A stretch of DNA of 64,000 nucleotides, from NCBI GenBank assembly GCA_965366875.1, contig CBDUGK010000007.1, positions 758-64,757 of the forward strand, written 5' to 3'. The DNA comes from an uncultured Desulfobulbaceae bacterium. Its GTDB lineage: Bacteria > Desulfobacterota > Desulfobulbia > Desulfobulbales > Desulfocapsaceae. Made by a program: the position numbers and the translations under genes. Shown piece after piece: positions 39,397 to 48,086 of this stretch (position 1 is the stretch's first letter; every line of letters begins with the position of its first letter). The notes under the pieces were generated by a model that saw nothing but the letters and a program-made list of their open reading frames with translations, did no database searches and was not told the origin of the DNA.

Positions 39397-39435
39397 TGAG
39401 GGGGAAGGCTCTGGAGGATATTCATATCCCCCTCA
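39397..39435. terminator. 9-bp stem hairpin TGAGGGGGA / TCCCCCTCA at the operon end and compositional boundary
   Basis: Read directly; 21-nt loop and no clear U-tract. Lies between convergent ORFs ending at 39328 (+) and 39433 (-). Confidence 0.35.
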
Positions 39436-39648
39436 CAATCGTAAAGAAAACATGCAATTGTGCTTGATTCCCAAGGTAAATCGATTGGCTATATCATGTT
39501 CAGGTGCTGCGGCCTTATACGGATTGCCTGAAGAAGAACTATCTTGAGAAGCCTGCTTCCAACGCATAAACCATCCAAAACAGATCACAATTAATACCAC
39601 ACCAAGTATAAATGATGACCTGATTAACTTACGTCTAACGACGCCCAT
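39433..39648 (-). CDS. hypothetical small membrane protein
   Basis: 71 aa with one TM (SSFILGVVLIVICFGWF). Its start lies inside the possible repeat element at 39633-39835. Weak call. Confidence 0.3.
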   Translation of the reverse strand: MGVVRRKLIRSSFILGVVLIVICFGWFMRWKQASQDSSSSGNPYKAAAPEHDIANRFTLGIKHNCMFSLRL

Positions 39649-39835
39649 AGCGTTGCTATAGAAAGATTATAGATCGGCTCACCACATAATACATGGTAAA
39701 TCTAAGCCATAAATCCGAAACTTTAAGAAAGTTTCAGACCTGCACTTGATTTTTCACCGATCAAGGCAACGTGGGCCGCCGCGGTTCTCGGCCTCACGTG
39801 AACCGCCTTTTCCGGCGATACCCTTTATTGTTAGA
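39633..39835 (-). repeat. possible long attC-like element (copy F)
   Basis: On the minus strand it begins ATCTAAC (fits RYYYAAC) 60 nt after the zinc-ribbon stop and ends GTTAGAC (fits GTTRRRY). The arms do not pair beyond the cores. Internal hairpins GAAACTTT/AAAGTTTC and a GC-rich stem. Confidence 0.3.
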
Positions 39836-39897
39836 TATCCTGGGTGATTTCTAACTATTTCATATTCTGATTCTCTTACGCTTATGGCAAGGTTTGT

Positions 39898-40119
39898 TCA
39901 CTCGGAATCCTTGGATCTTATTCGCTCAAATTCTTGCTTATTGGGCAGGCCAGGATCACCCCAATTGTATTTGCTGCCATTTGAGTTTGTACCAAAGGCT
40001 GAGATCAGTTTTCTAAGATTGCATGATTTGCATTGGGGACAGCAGATTTTTTCTTGAACTTTTGTTAATTCCTCAAAATTACTACCACAATCTCTACACT
40101 CAAATTCATAAATCGGCAT
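39898..40119 (-). CDS. FmdB-family zinc-ribbon protein
   Basis: MPIYEFECRDCGSNFEEL ... CPQCKS (CxxC ... CxxC). Confidence 0.75.
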   Translation of the reverse strand: MPIYEFECRDCGSNFEELTKVQEKICCPQCKSCNLRKLISAFGTNSNGSKYNWGDPGLPNKQEFERIRSKDSE

Positions 40120-40181
40120 GAGCTATTCCTTTTAGTATTATCCAAGCGGATAAATTTTTTTGACCTTGGGGTTATCCCACC

Positions 40182-40316
40182 GCCGAACATTGAGTTAAGC
40201 GGCAAATACCGCAACACGGATTATCCGGTAAAGTACCACCTGAGGAGTCCGGTATACGTTTAATGGTAAGGAGAATGCGCGGAGTGGAATCTGCCAGCGT
40301 AAACGCCTTGTTATGA
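40182..40316 (-). repeat. attC-like imperfect-palindrome repeat (copy A)
   Basis: Plus strand GCCGAAC...GTTATGA. The arms share TTAAGC / GCAAATACC-type boxes separated from the core by a bubble. Central part close to copy D. Starts 8 nt after the tautomerase stop. Confidence 0.6.
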
Positions 40317-40324
40317 GAATATTT

Positions 40325-40528
40325 TTATTTTCCTTTCTTTCTTCTTTGCGTGACAGTTTCTCCACCGATACCCCAACTGTCTGTATCTACCTCTTCAATT
40401 ACAACGACTGTTGTCTCTGGATTTTTGCCAAGTACTGTTTTTAACAGCTCAGTTGCTCCTTCTATTAATTCAGCTTTCTTTTTAGAAGTAACACCTTCAT
40501 TTGTGATTTTAATGTTAACAAATGGCAT
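40325..40528 (-). CDS. 4-oxalocrotonate tautomerase family protein
   Basis: 67 aa, MPFVNIKITNEGVT with the catalytic Pro2 pattern. Confidence 0.8.
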   Translation of the reverse strand: MPFVNIKITNEGVTSKKKAELIEGATELLKTVLGKNPETTVVVIEEVDTDSWGIGGETVTQRRKKGK

Positions 40529-40559
40529 TGTTTTATTTCCTATTTAGAGATTCAGATTT

Positions 40560-40655
40560 GCGATAACTATCTTTTATGAGCACCACCTACCACTGGTTGG
40601 AGAGCTCAGCAAAATACTTCTTGACGGGTTCGCTCAGCATTCAATCCTAAATCCC
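40560..40655 (-). repeat. attC-like repeat (copy B), truncated by an IS remnant
   Basis: Aligns with the left two-thirds of copy E (CTACCACTGG..GCAAA.TAC...TGACG.GTTCG...ATTCAAT). Similarity is lost at about 40655, where the transposase fragment begins. Confidence 0.45.
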
Positions 40656-40659
40656 CGCC

Positions 40660-41140
40660 TTATTGTAACGGGGCCGGTGGCGTGACGCCCAGTTTACTCT
40701 GCTGCATTTTCCTGGTTATAGAGGACAAAAAGCTAAGCGCGATGAACTGCACGAAAAGCTTTCCATCCAGACTTTGTTGCGCTGAGACAGCAAACCGACG
40801 CAAATTCAGTCTCTGTTTCAGGTTATCGAAGGCTTTCTCAACCAGATTCTTGTTCCGGTATATCTCAAGGGCCTTCACCGCTTCCTTTACCTCATCGCTC
40901 ACAAGGGTAAAATAACCGTAATTACGTTTGTCCTCTGCCAGAGCCTCCTCTCTGGCAATAGCCTTTGTGTTTCGGAGCGTTGTGCATTTTACCTCAAAAT
41001 ATCTGGCGTACTGCTTCTCATGATAAGGATGGCGCTGACCGCTTTCAAGCTCCCCCTGCAATATGGCCAGCCGGTTGTTGAAAGCTTCTTCATCTTCAAG
41101 AGCCCGCTCCGGTACATAATAGAGATGAAGATACCTCCGG
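40660..41140 (-). mobile_element. IS1634/IS4-like DDE transposase, C-terminal fragment only
   Basis: EIYRNKNLVEKAFDNLKQRLNLRRFAVSAQQSLDGKLFVQFIALSFL fits the conserved C1 region as I recall it. No N-terminal catalytic part and no inverted repeats identified. Confidence 0.6.
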
Positions 41141-41146
41141 CAATAT

Positions 41147-41300
41147 GGTGAAGGTGTTAACAAAGTCGGCACTGTCACGGTAAAAGCAAAGCTTACCGAT
41201 AACGTGGCAGAGGACGTTGTTTTGATGTACGAGGCCTGGTTCAGAAAGGCAGACTTCAACGTCCAGAACCTGGTAGATGATGAATCTTCTGATATGGGCA
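41147..41300 (+). pseudogene. possible C-terminal fragment of a molybdopterin oxidoreductase
   Basis: Translation KVGTVTVKAKLTDNVAEDVVLMYEAWFRKADFNVQNLVDDESSDMGS resembles the molybdopterin-dinucleotide-binding end of such enzymes. No upstream coding part. Confidence 0.35.
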
Positions 41301-41756
41301 GCTATTGTTTTGCTTCAGATGGAAATAGAAAAATCATCAGTTCAAACCAGCGAGCAGGTTTTCTTCTTTCGCCCTCTCAATAAGTCGTAATTTTCATTGA
41401 CTTATCTTTCTTGTTTTCCCGCAGACTCCAGGCTTGACATGCCACAACGTGGTATTAATTTCAATTTAAGATCATTCGAGTCCTGGCTTCTCTGATACTG
41501 TAGAGTGCTGTAAAAAGGTGTGCTCAGGCGCTTCTGATCTGCACATTTTTGCACCGCTTGTGTACGTTGCAGCTCTGCTGATTAAAGCCAGATGGAACAA
41601 ACAGGATGAGCTGATGGTATAGGAAGGATTTTCTTCTGAGCCTGAATATACAATGACCGTATCAGTCTAAAGGATACTTTTTTTACCTTTTCTTTTCGTC
41701 GGGAGAGCGAATTCTGATAGAGATTCCCATTTAAAATCGATATTGAAAACAAAGAC

Positions 41757-42446
41757 ATGAGAAAGATTTGTATCATTGGCGCTTCGGGGAAGCTTGGACA
41801 GTATATGGTGCAGCACTCACTGGATAAGAAATACCAGGTCGTCGCGGTCTGCCGGGAACAAAGTGTCGGCAAACTCGATGCGTTCAAAGAACGTATTTCT
41901 ATTATACCAGGAGCCACCAGCGACCGCGATGTCATCAGGGAAGCGGTGGAAGGCTGTGACGGAGTACTCACGGTTCTGGTACCGTGGGGAATGCAACACT
42001 ACTCCACCGGCACGGCCCAGGCGGTCCTTGATCACGCACCGCCGGGTGCGCGGCTCGTCTTTTCCTGTGGCTGGCATATATCAAGAGACAACCAGGACAA
42101 GTATTCATGGAAATTGAAGGCGTTCGTAAAGGTATTTGGGTTTTTAGGTCGACTCATTCGCATGGTGGACCTCAATGACCAGGTTGAAGCGTGCCGGCAG
42201 GTGTTCGCCAGTGAAACGTTGTGGACAGTTGTGCGTTGCAGCGACATTGAGGAAGGCCCAAGCCAGGGGCTGCCTGTGTGGAGCAGACACGTAGGTGACC
42301 CCCTTCTGGCAAGTAACCTCACGCGTCGAGTGGATTTTGCTCTGTTCATGGTGCACGCCCTTGAAAACGACGATCTCATTCAAGAGGCCCCTGCTCTTGT
42401 CGGCTGCCTGGCGCCATCGGCACTCGCACACGCGGAGGAAATTTAA
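41757..42446 (+). CDS. NAD(P)H-binding (NmrA/flavin reductase-like) oxidoreductase
   Basis: MRKICIIGASGKLGQYMV Rossmann start, 229 aa. Confidence 0.7.
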   Translation: MRKICIIGASGKLGQYMVQHSLDKKYQVVAVCREQSVGKLDAFKERISIIPGATSDRDVIREAVEGCDGVLTVLVPWGMQHYSTGTAQAVLDHAPPGARLVFSCGWHISRDNQDKYSWKLKAFVKVFGFLGRLIRMVDLNDQVEACRQVFASETLWTVVRCSDIEEGPSQGLPVWSRHVGDPLLASNLTRRVDFALFMVHALENDDLIQEAPALVGCLAPSALAHAEEI

Positions 42447-42482
42447 ACATATCGAATAGTTGTTATAGATAAGGAGGATAAA

Positions 42483-42896
42483 ATGGTATCAAGCGAGCAA
42501 ACGTATCTCGACAGCAACGCTGAAAACCGTAAACCGGTTATTCTCCATCGATCGGACTGGGCATCTCATGAGCTTTTGTGGAAAGGCTATTTCCAGGGTG
42601 AGGACCTTGGCACAGGGGTAACCGTGCTGTTCTATGTTACGGATACTATCGGTGAAGGACCACGTTGGCACGTTCACCCCTATGACGAGATTTTCATCGT
42701 TCGTGCTGGAAACGCATTATTTACTGTCGGGGATAAAAAAATAGAAGCCACAGCCGGTGATATCCTGCTGGGGCCGGCAAAAATCCCGCATAAATATCAT
42801 AATATTGGGCCTGGCACGCTGGAGACCACTGACATTCATCTTTCCGATCGCTGGATCCAGTCAAATCTGGACGATCCTGAATTATCTGAAAATTGA
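42483..42896 (+). CDS. cupin-domain protein
   Basis: GPRWHVHPYDEIFIVRAGNALF ... GPAKIPHKYHNIG (two-His cupin motifs). GGAGGA RBS. Confidence 0.7.
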   Translation: MVSSEQTYLDSNAENRKPVILHRSDWASHELLWKGYFQGEDLGTGVTVLFYVTDTIGEGPRWHVHPYDEIFIVRAGNALFTVGDKKIEATAGDILLGPAKIPHKYHNIGPGTLETTDIHLSDRWIQSNLDDPELSEN

Positions 42897-43059
42897 ATCA
42901 CCTGGCGGTTGAGGAGAAGTCCGTTTTACGAGCCTCTATGATCCAGTCGCAAGAAAAACATCACAGAGACCTGTCGGAAGAGCTACTGAATCTGGTGGAA
43001 TAATATGGACCTTTCTTATCCCGAACTGCTTAATGCAGAATAGCTGGAACAGGACTACT

Positions 43060-43521
43060 TTATTCCTCCCTGATCTGCACCATGATCAGCTGTCCCCTGG
43101 CATGGACCGTGCCTTCTGTCGACAGGGTGACACTGACGGTCACCTTGCGTCCCTTGATCTCCTCCACCCGTGCCCGCAGCTCCACCTCCGTGCCCACAGG
43201 TGTGGGTGACAGGTAATCGACTTTAAGGGATGCGGTGACAAATCGGGGCATGGCTCCCGGCTTCATCTCTATTTTAAGATCCCGGGCTTTTGCTGCGGCT
43301 GCAGTGCCTGCACCGTGGCAATCCATCAGGGATGCGATCATCCCTCCGTAAAGGATATTCTTCATACCCCCGGTAAAATGGTTTGCCGGCACAAGGCGGC
43401 AAACACCCTCGTCGCCATCCCAGAAACTTTTAATCTGGTGCCCCTTCTCATTAAGTCGGCCGCAACCGTAACAATGGGCATAATCATCCGGGTAGTAATC
43501 CTGAAAAGCCATTTCACTCAT
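43060..43521 (-). CDS. PaaI-family hotdog-fold thioesterase
   Basis: N-terminal CYGCG zinc-ribbon-like motif, YGGMIASLMDCHG, hotdog length. Confidence 0.7.
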   Translation of the reverse strand: MSEMAFQDYYPDDYAHCYGCGRLNEKGHQIKSFWDGDEGVCRLVPANHFTGGMKNILYGGMIASLMDCHGAGTAAAAKARDLKIEMKPGAMPRFVTASLKVDYLSPTPVGTEVELRARVEEIKGRKVTVSVTLSTEGTVHARGQLIMVQIREE

Positions 43522-43556
43522 GGTATGTTCCTATCTTACTGTGATCGTTCACTATA

Positions 43557-43826
43557 AAATTATCGCGAACGATCAATTTGACCTTGATGGATTATATTTT
43601 TTCGATCGCCTCCCAGGTGCTTTATCTGGCTTGCCGCAAAAGCTGCCCCAAATCCATTATCAATGTTGACGACGGTAACCCCATTAGCGCAGGACGTGAG
43701 CATGGCGAGTAACGCTGAAAGGCCACAGAAGTTAGCACCATACCCGACACTTGTTGGAACCGCAATTATTGGAATTTCAATCTGACAGGTTCTAAGAGGA
43801 TCAGTTACCCAAGTTTTCCCTTCGAA
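43557..43826 (-). pseudogene. 3' fragment of a larB-like (AIR carboxylase-related) gene
   Basis: Directly after, and in frame with, the HxlR stop: [51 protein letters not shown], the conserved LarB C-terminus. No start codon and no N-terminal part. Confidence 0.55.
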
Positions 43827-44165
43827 CTATACTTCTGGATCACTAAGCCCTAGCTGTTCGACAGCCCATGAATGCATCATTTCTAAAATGGGAAAGGCGC
43901 TTTGCCCAAGTTCGGACAAGCTATATTCAACCCGTGGTGGTACTTCAGGATATACAGTTCGTGATATTAACCCGTCTTTTTCCAATTCTCTTAATTGCTG
44001 GGTCAACATTTTCTGGCTAACTCCCGGCACGATTCTCTCCAACTCATTGTAGCGTTTTGTCCCTTCATTCAAATGCCAAAGCATGAGGCACTTCCATTTT
44101 CCACTCAGCAGGTTCATGGAAACTTCAACGGGGCAGTGGTACTGCTTTTCGTTCCAGTTGATCAT
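43827..44165 (-). CDS. HxlR-family transcriptional regulator
   Basis: CPVEVSMNLLSGKWKCLMLWHL ... RYNELERIVPGVSQKMLTQQLRELEKDGLISR. Confidence 0.85.
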   Translation of the reverse strand: MINWNEKQYHCPVEVSMNLLSGKWKCLMLWHLNEGTKRYNELERIVPGVSQKMLTQQLRELEKDGLISRTVYPEVPPRVEYSLSELGQSAFPILEMMHSWAVEQLGLSDPEV

Positions 44166-44222
44166 AATACCGCTTAACTCTCAAAAAAAGATTGATCTTA
44201 GAACCGGCTAACCCAGGCAATT

Positions 44223-44246
44223 CGAACCAATTGGTTCGTGCCGAAC
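44223..44246. promoter_or_regulatory. palindromic candidate operator CGAACCAATTGGTTCG plus overlapping GTTCG-TGC-CGAAC
   Basis: A perfect 16-bp palindrome read directly, in the divergent HxlR / VOC spacer. Confidence 0.4.
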
Positions 44247-44343
44247 AAAATTGTGCCTTCTTGTTATGATATTATCAGAGACTATAGTGTCACTGTAGCC
44301 GGGATAATACCCAGACAACAATATAATTCAAAGGAGCAGTAAA

Positions 44344-44859
44344 ATGACATATCCTAGAACATTTTCACACATTGGCTTATCTGTGACCGATCTCGAAAAA
44401 GCTGTTGAATTTTACACTGAGGTACTTGGTTGGTATGTAATCATGCCCCCGACAGAGATCATGGCTGATGATTCCGCTATTGGGATCATGTGTAACGACG
44501 TTTTCGGTCACGGTTGGGGGAGCTTTAAAATTGCACACATGTCAACTGGTGACAGGATAGGGGTTGAAATTTTTGAATTCAAGAATGCAGAGCAACGGGA
44601 AAATAACTTTGAATATTGGAAGACCGGTGTATTTCACTTCTGTGTTCAAGATCCTGATGTTGAAGGTCTGGCAGCAAAAATTGTAGAAAATGGCGGCAAG
44701 CAGAGAATGCCGGTAAGGGAGTATTACCCGGGGGAAAAGCCATACCGGATGGTATATTGTGAAGACCCTTTTGGCAATCTTATAGAGATTTACTCTCACA
44801 GTTATGAGTTGACTTACTCCGCTGGGGCCTATCAGGACAAGCTGGAAGGAGTATCATGA
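44344..44859 (+). CDS. VOC (glyoxalase/bleomycin-resistance/dioxygenase) family protein
   Basis: FSHIGLSVTDLEKAVEFYTEVLGW start, 171 aa. Divergent from the HxlR regulator. Confidence 0.8.
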   Translation: MTYPRTFSHIGLSVTDLEKAVEFYTEVLGWYVIMPPTEIMADDSAIGIMCNDVFGHGWGSFKIAHMSTGDRIGVEIFEFKNAEQRENNFEYWKTGVFHFCVQDPDVEGLAAKIVENGGKQRMPVREYYPGEKPYRMVYCEDPFGNLIEIYSHSYELTYSAGAYQDKLEGVS

Positions 44860-45143
44860 CAAAACAATTGGGGCCCACGGTTTTCTCCTGAAGAAGTCAG
44901 AAAAACGTGGGCGCTAACATTTGTCCTCTAAAAAAACACCTTAAACGAGTGCCATTCCGCTCAGGCCCCCTCATACTCGAATCTGACACCACTGTCCGAA
45001 TCATCAAGCCGAAGGTTGACAAGAAGCAGCAGCCCCGCCGCCCTTGTTGAGGACAGCCCAGAACAAGCCACTTCTCACCGTTGGTAATCTTTGCCATAGA
45101 TGCTATGCTGTCATTGAAGGCACCTACCAGAGGAGGTAACATC

Positions 45144-45380
45144 ATGGCGACCCTAAACATCTCGATGCCCGATGAAATGCGAGCTTTTATTGAAGCCCGT
45201 GTCAGTACGTGAGAATATCAAAGCGCAAGTGATTATCTGCGTGACCTCACCAGACATGATCGCGAAGAAACAGAGCGGTTCCTGGTTGAAGGACTGGAAA
45301 GCGGAAGAGCACGGCCACTGGACATGGCCACATTGAGGAAAAAGACGCAAGCCTTGCTCAAACAAAAAAAAGCTTTTTAA
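45144..45380 (+). pseudogene. parD: ParD-type (RHH) antitoxin with in-frame TGA at codon 23
   Basis: MATLNISMPDEMRAFIEARVST*EYQSASDYLRDLTRHDREE... The TGA (45210-45212) sits where homologues, as I recall them, have Gly. AGGAGG RBS. Confidence 0.6.
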
Positions 45381-45686
45381 ATGGATTCTACTATCATAAC
45401 GCCAGCGGCTGAGAATGATCTTGTCACCATTTGGCTCCATATCGCACGGGATAATCAGGACGCAGTCGACCGCGTTTATCAGGCCGCTAAAAAAATGGGA
45501 GTTATATCTCTATGGTGCAGCCCAGCATGGTTCAAAGAAAGCATGGCCTGTTTTCTAGGCCAAGAGCCTCGCAAAACGCTATCCAAGCCAAATCAGGAAT
45601 ACCGCGGGATGAGTTCTCTCAATGGCACAAATTTGTCGATAAAGAAAAATTATGACAAGCATCACAGAAGCCATGAAACAACATAA
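45381..45686 (+). pseudogene. parE: ParE-like toxin, only the first about 35 aa recognisable
   Basis: IITPAAENDLVTIWLHIARDNQDAVDRVYQAA is ParE-like. The rest is unrelated or low-complexity, so probably frameshifted. Confidence 0.45.
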
Positions 45687-45824
45687 CAACACATTTCGGG
45701 AAGGATGCCGCAAAAAGCGCGGTTCCTCTCAATTGCAACGCTGCTCTTACTGGGTTCCAGATCTTCATATGTATCGAGAATTATACTTCAACTATGATCC
45801 AAATTATCAATCCCCTGGACCAAA

Positions 45825-46208
45825 ATGAAAATATATTTAAAACATGTAGCCTCAGGTTTTGCCATCTCATTAGTATTATTTATGATCCCTTTGGTTTTTA
45901 ATAAACCCGATGAGATTGGTGTTATATTACTTTTTAGCCCTGTGGTTTATGGGATAATTCTTAAACAGCCTGTAATCGTTGTGGCAATATTAACGCTAGT
46001 GTTAAGAAAAATAGATGTAAAATTAAACCCTTATGTTTTTTCAAGTTCACTAGTAATTTTTACATTAGTATTCTCTTTTTTGGGGTATTTTTTTATACCT
46101 GAAATACTTGTGAGGTCAATTGAAGGTTCAAGATGGGAGATCTGGCTTATTTCAATAATCAGTTGTGCAATCAGTGTTATAGTTATTTATAGAAAAAAGA
46201 AAATCTGA
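45825..46208 (+). CDS. hypothetical 4-TM membrane protein in very AT-rich DNA
   Basis: 127 aa with four hydrophobic segments. No family recognised. Confidence 0.4.
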   Translation: MKIYLKHVASGFAISLVLFMIPLVFNKPDEIGVILLFSPVVYGIILKQPVIVVAILTLVLRKIDVKLNPYVFSSSLVIFTLVFSFLGYFFIPEILVRSIEGSRWEIWLISIISCAISVIVIYRKKKI

Positions 46209-46713
46209 TCTCAAGTTAAAAAGCTTTTCAACCCTATCGCGCGTGAAGCACGTGCCAGTTAACTCTAGATTAACATATCAGTTCTAAAATTTTATTATCT
46301 CAATTTTCTAAAAAGTTACTCCCATTCCTGTTAATTTTAAATTTCTGATGATTTAGCATTATTCTGAAATGAAACGATTGGGTACAGGAAGCAAGGAAGC
46401 ATCTTCTTGAGGGTACAGAGAGAAGGTAAGATCATTCCTGATTGCCCAGGGTAAATGAATTATTTACTGCACGAATATTTTTTTTCGACATGTTGGACAC
46501 CAAGAACCCCTTTCAACATTATTGCGTATTGCTTTCCACCGGTACCCCTCCGAGCATACCTATAAGAGTTTAGAACAGGTATTTTTATAAGTATTGGAAA
46601 AACATTTTCCACCCCATTTTAACCTAGATCCTGCGACTCCGACAGGTTCCCAGGAAGTGTTATCAAGATTTTTACTGAGTACTTGGCTTATAAAATGGTA
46701 TTGAGAGATATTG

Positions 46714-47676
46714 TTATTTGCCGCGGCCACCACTGGAACTACCGCTTGACCCACCTGAACTACCACCAGAGTTTCCTGAGCCACCGGTACCACCGCTTGA
46801 CCCGCCTGAACTACCGCCTGAATTTCCACCAGCGTTTTCTGAACTGTTGGCCCCACCACTGCCTGCACCGCCTGAACCAGCGTTTGATCCCCTGCTGCCA
46901 TCGTTTTCGTTACTCCCGCCGGAAGCGGGACCCAGTTCTTGAGCGCGCAGACCCTGATTGATACCATCCAAAAATTGTTGAGCTACATGCTCGGAAGACC
47001 CATACCGAGTGTTGTTCATGAAAGAGTGCTGCAGTTCCTTCATTTCAGTTGCCTCATAGGATTTACCCAAGGCAGTAACCAGCACATCTGAAATGGTTTC
47101 CGAGCGTACCTCCCGCTGCGCCATGATGCGTGCCGTAATCATCGTTTGAATGATAAGGTCCTGGGCTTGACCTCGATTCATGGTTCGCGTCCTGGTTTTT
47201 AGTGCGCTCATGACTGCTTCGCATTCTTCTTGTTGTAAACCTGCTGTATATGCATCGGTAATGAGGTCACCGAGGATTTCTTCCTGCTCCGGATCAACCA
47301 CCAATTCACGGGCTTGCTGATAAGCATGGCGATACCTATTTCGCACTCTTGTCAAAGCCTCGACGATATCCTCCTCATTAACATCCTTGGCAATACCTTC
47401 ATACACCTTGTCCGTCAAAGGTTTGGTCGGCAATCCCTCTCCTTTGGCATCCTCGATTATTTTTTGAACACGCACCATATTGCTTTGCCTAAACTGTTCT
47501 CTATGCATTGCCTGAAGAAGAGCGGGTGTTTCATCTTTGTCAATTTGGGTTTGATACATTTCTCTTGCCTGCTCTTGTGAACCTGATTCTGTGTTCTCAA
47601 TCAGAGGTTCATCCGCTGAGGCAAGAGAAGCGCTGGTGAGTAAAACACAGACGAGAGTGAAATATTTTTTCTTCAT
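46714..47676 (-). CDS. secreted helical protein with C-terminal Gly/Ser-rich tail
   Basis: Signal peptide MKKKYFTLVCVLLTSASLASA. About 70-aa tail GGSNENDGSRGSNAGSGGAGSGG...GGSSGGSSGSSSGGRGK. Last gene of the ECF sigma operon. Confidence 0.5.
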   Translation of the reverse strand: MKKKYFTLVCVLLTSASLASADEPLIENTESGSQEQAREMYQTQIDKDETPALLQAMHREQFRQSNMVRVQKIIEDAKGEGLPTKPLTDKVYEGIAKDVNEEDIVEALTRVRNRYRHAYQQARELVVDPEQEEILGDLITDAYTAGLQQEECEAVMSALKTRTRTMNRGQAQDLIIQTMITARIMAQREVRSETISDVLVTALGKSYEATEMKELQHSFMNNTRYGSSEHVAQQFLDGINQGLRAQELGPASGGSNENDGSRGSNAGSGGAGSGGANSSENAGGNSGGSSGGSSGGTGGSGNSGGSSGGSSGSSSGGRGK

Positions 47677-47733
47677 GCGTTCATCTCCTGAAAGTTGAAT
47701 TTTTGTTTATTAAACGCAGGAGCATTACAATGG

Positions 47734-48084
47734 TTACAGATCGGATACAAAAAGACAGTTTTTTCCACCAAAATCATCGAGGATTTTAGACTGGCAGTCA
47801 GGCAGGGTGAGAATTTTATCTACAAGATAGAAATAGGAAAATTCTTCTTCTCTGGGAACAATCACCTCCCATACACCGCCCTCCACTTTAGTTGCCCGTT
47901 GAAATCGGAACTGGTCAATAGAAGAGGCGAATAGAACTTCTTCAGCATCATTATTTTGATAATAAAGAGCAATGGATTGATCGTGCACCTGGACATAGTG
48001 CTTTGGCGAACAGGAAGCAAGGATTAAAGTAAGAAAAATAAACACACCATGATATACAATTTTCAGAGCTAGACGAGATACCAT
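47734..48084 (-). CDS. putative lipoprotein with E-set/CBM48-like fold
   Basis: Lipobox LILASC. VLFASSIDQF ... GGVWEVIVPREEEFSYFYLVD resembles the AMPK-beta glycogen-binding-type domain. Confidence 0.45.
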   Translation of the reverse strand: MVSRLALKIVYHGVFIFLTLILASCSPKHYVQVHDQSIALYYQNNDAEEVLFASSIDQFRFQRATKVEGGVWEVIVPREEEFSYFYLVDKILTLPDCQSKILDDFGGKNCLFVSDL

Positions 48085-48086
48085 GC

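Noticed and set aside
44921-45058. Another attC-like site (GCGCTAAC ... CTTGTTGAGG) upstream of parD.
   Set aside because: The cores are approximate, the arms do not pair, and the centre has no similarity to the repeat family.
45210-45212. Selenocysteine or programmed read-through at the TGA inside parD.
   Set aside because: I expect Gly, not Cys, at this position in homologues. No SECIS-like hairpin follows, and the partner toxin is also degenerate, so a simple nonsense mutation is more likely.
46714-46960. Repetitive DNA that could be mistaken for a CRISPR array or non-coding tandem array.
   Set aside because: The imperfect 12-24-nt periodicity is in frame and encodes the Gly/Ser-rich tail of the 46714..47676 protein. 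There are no spacer-like unique segments.
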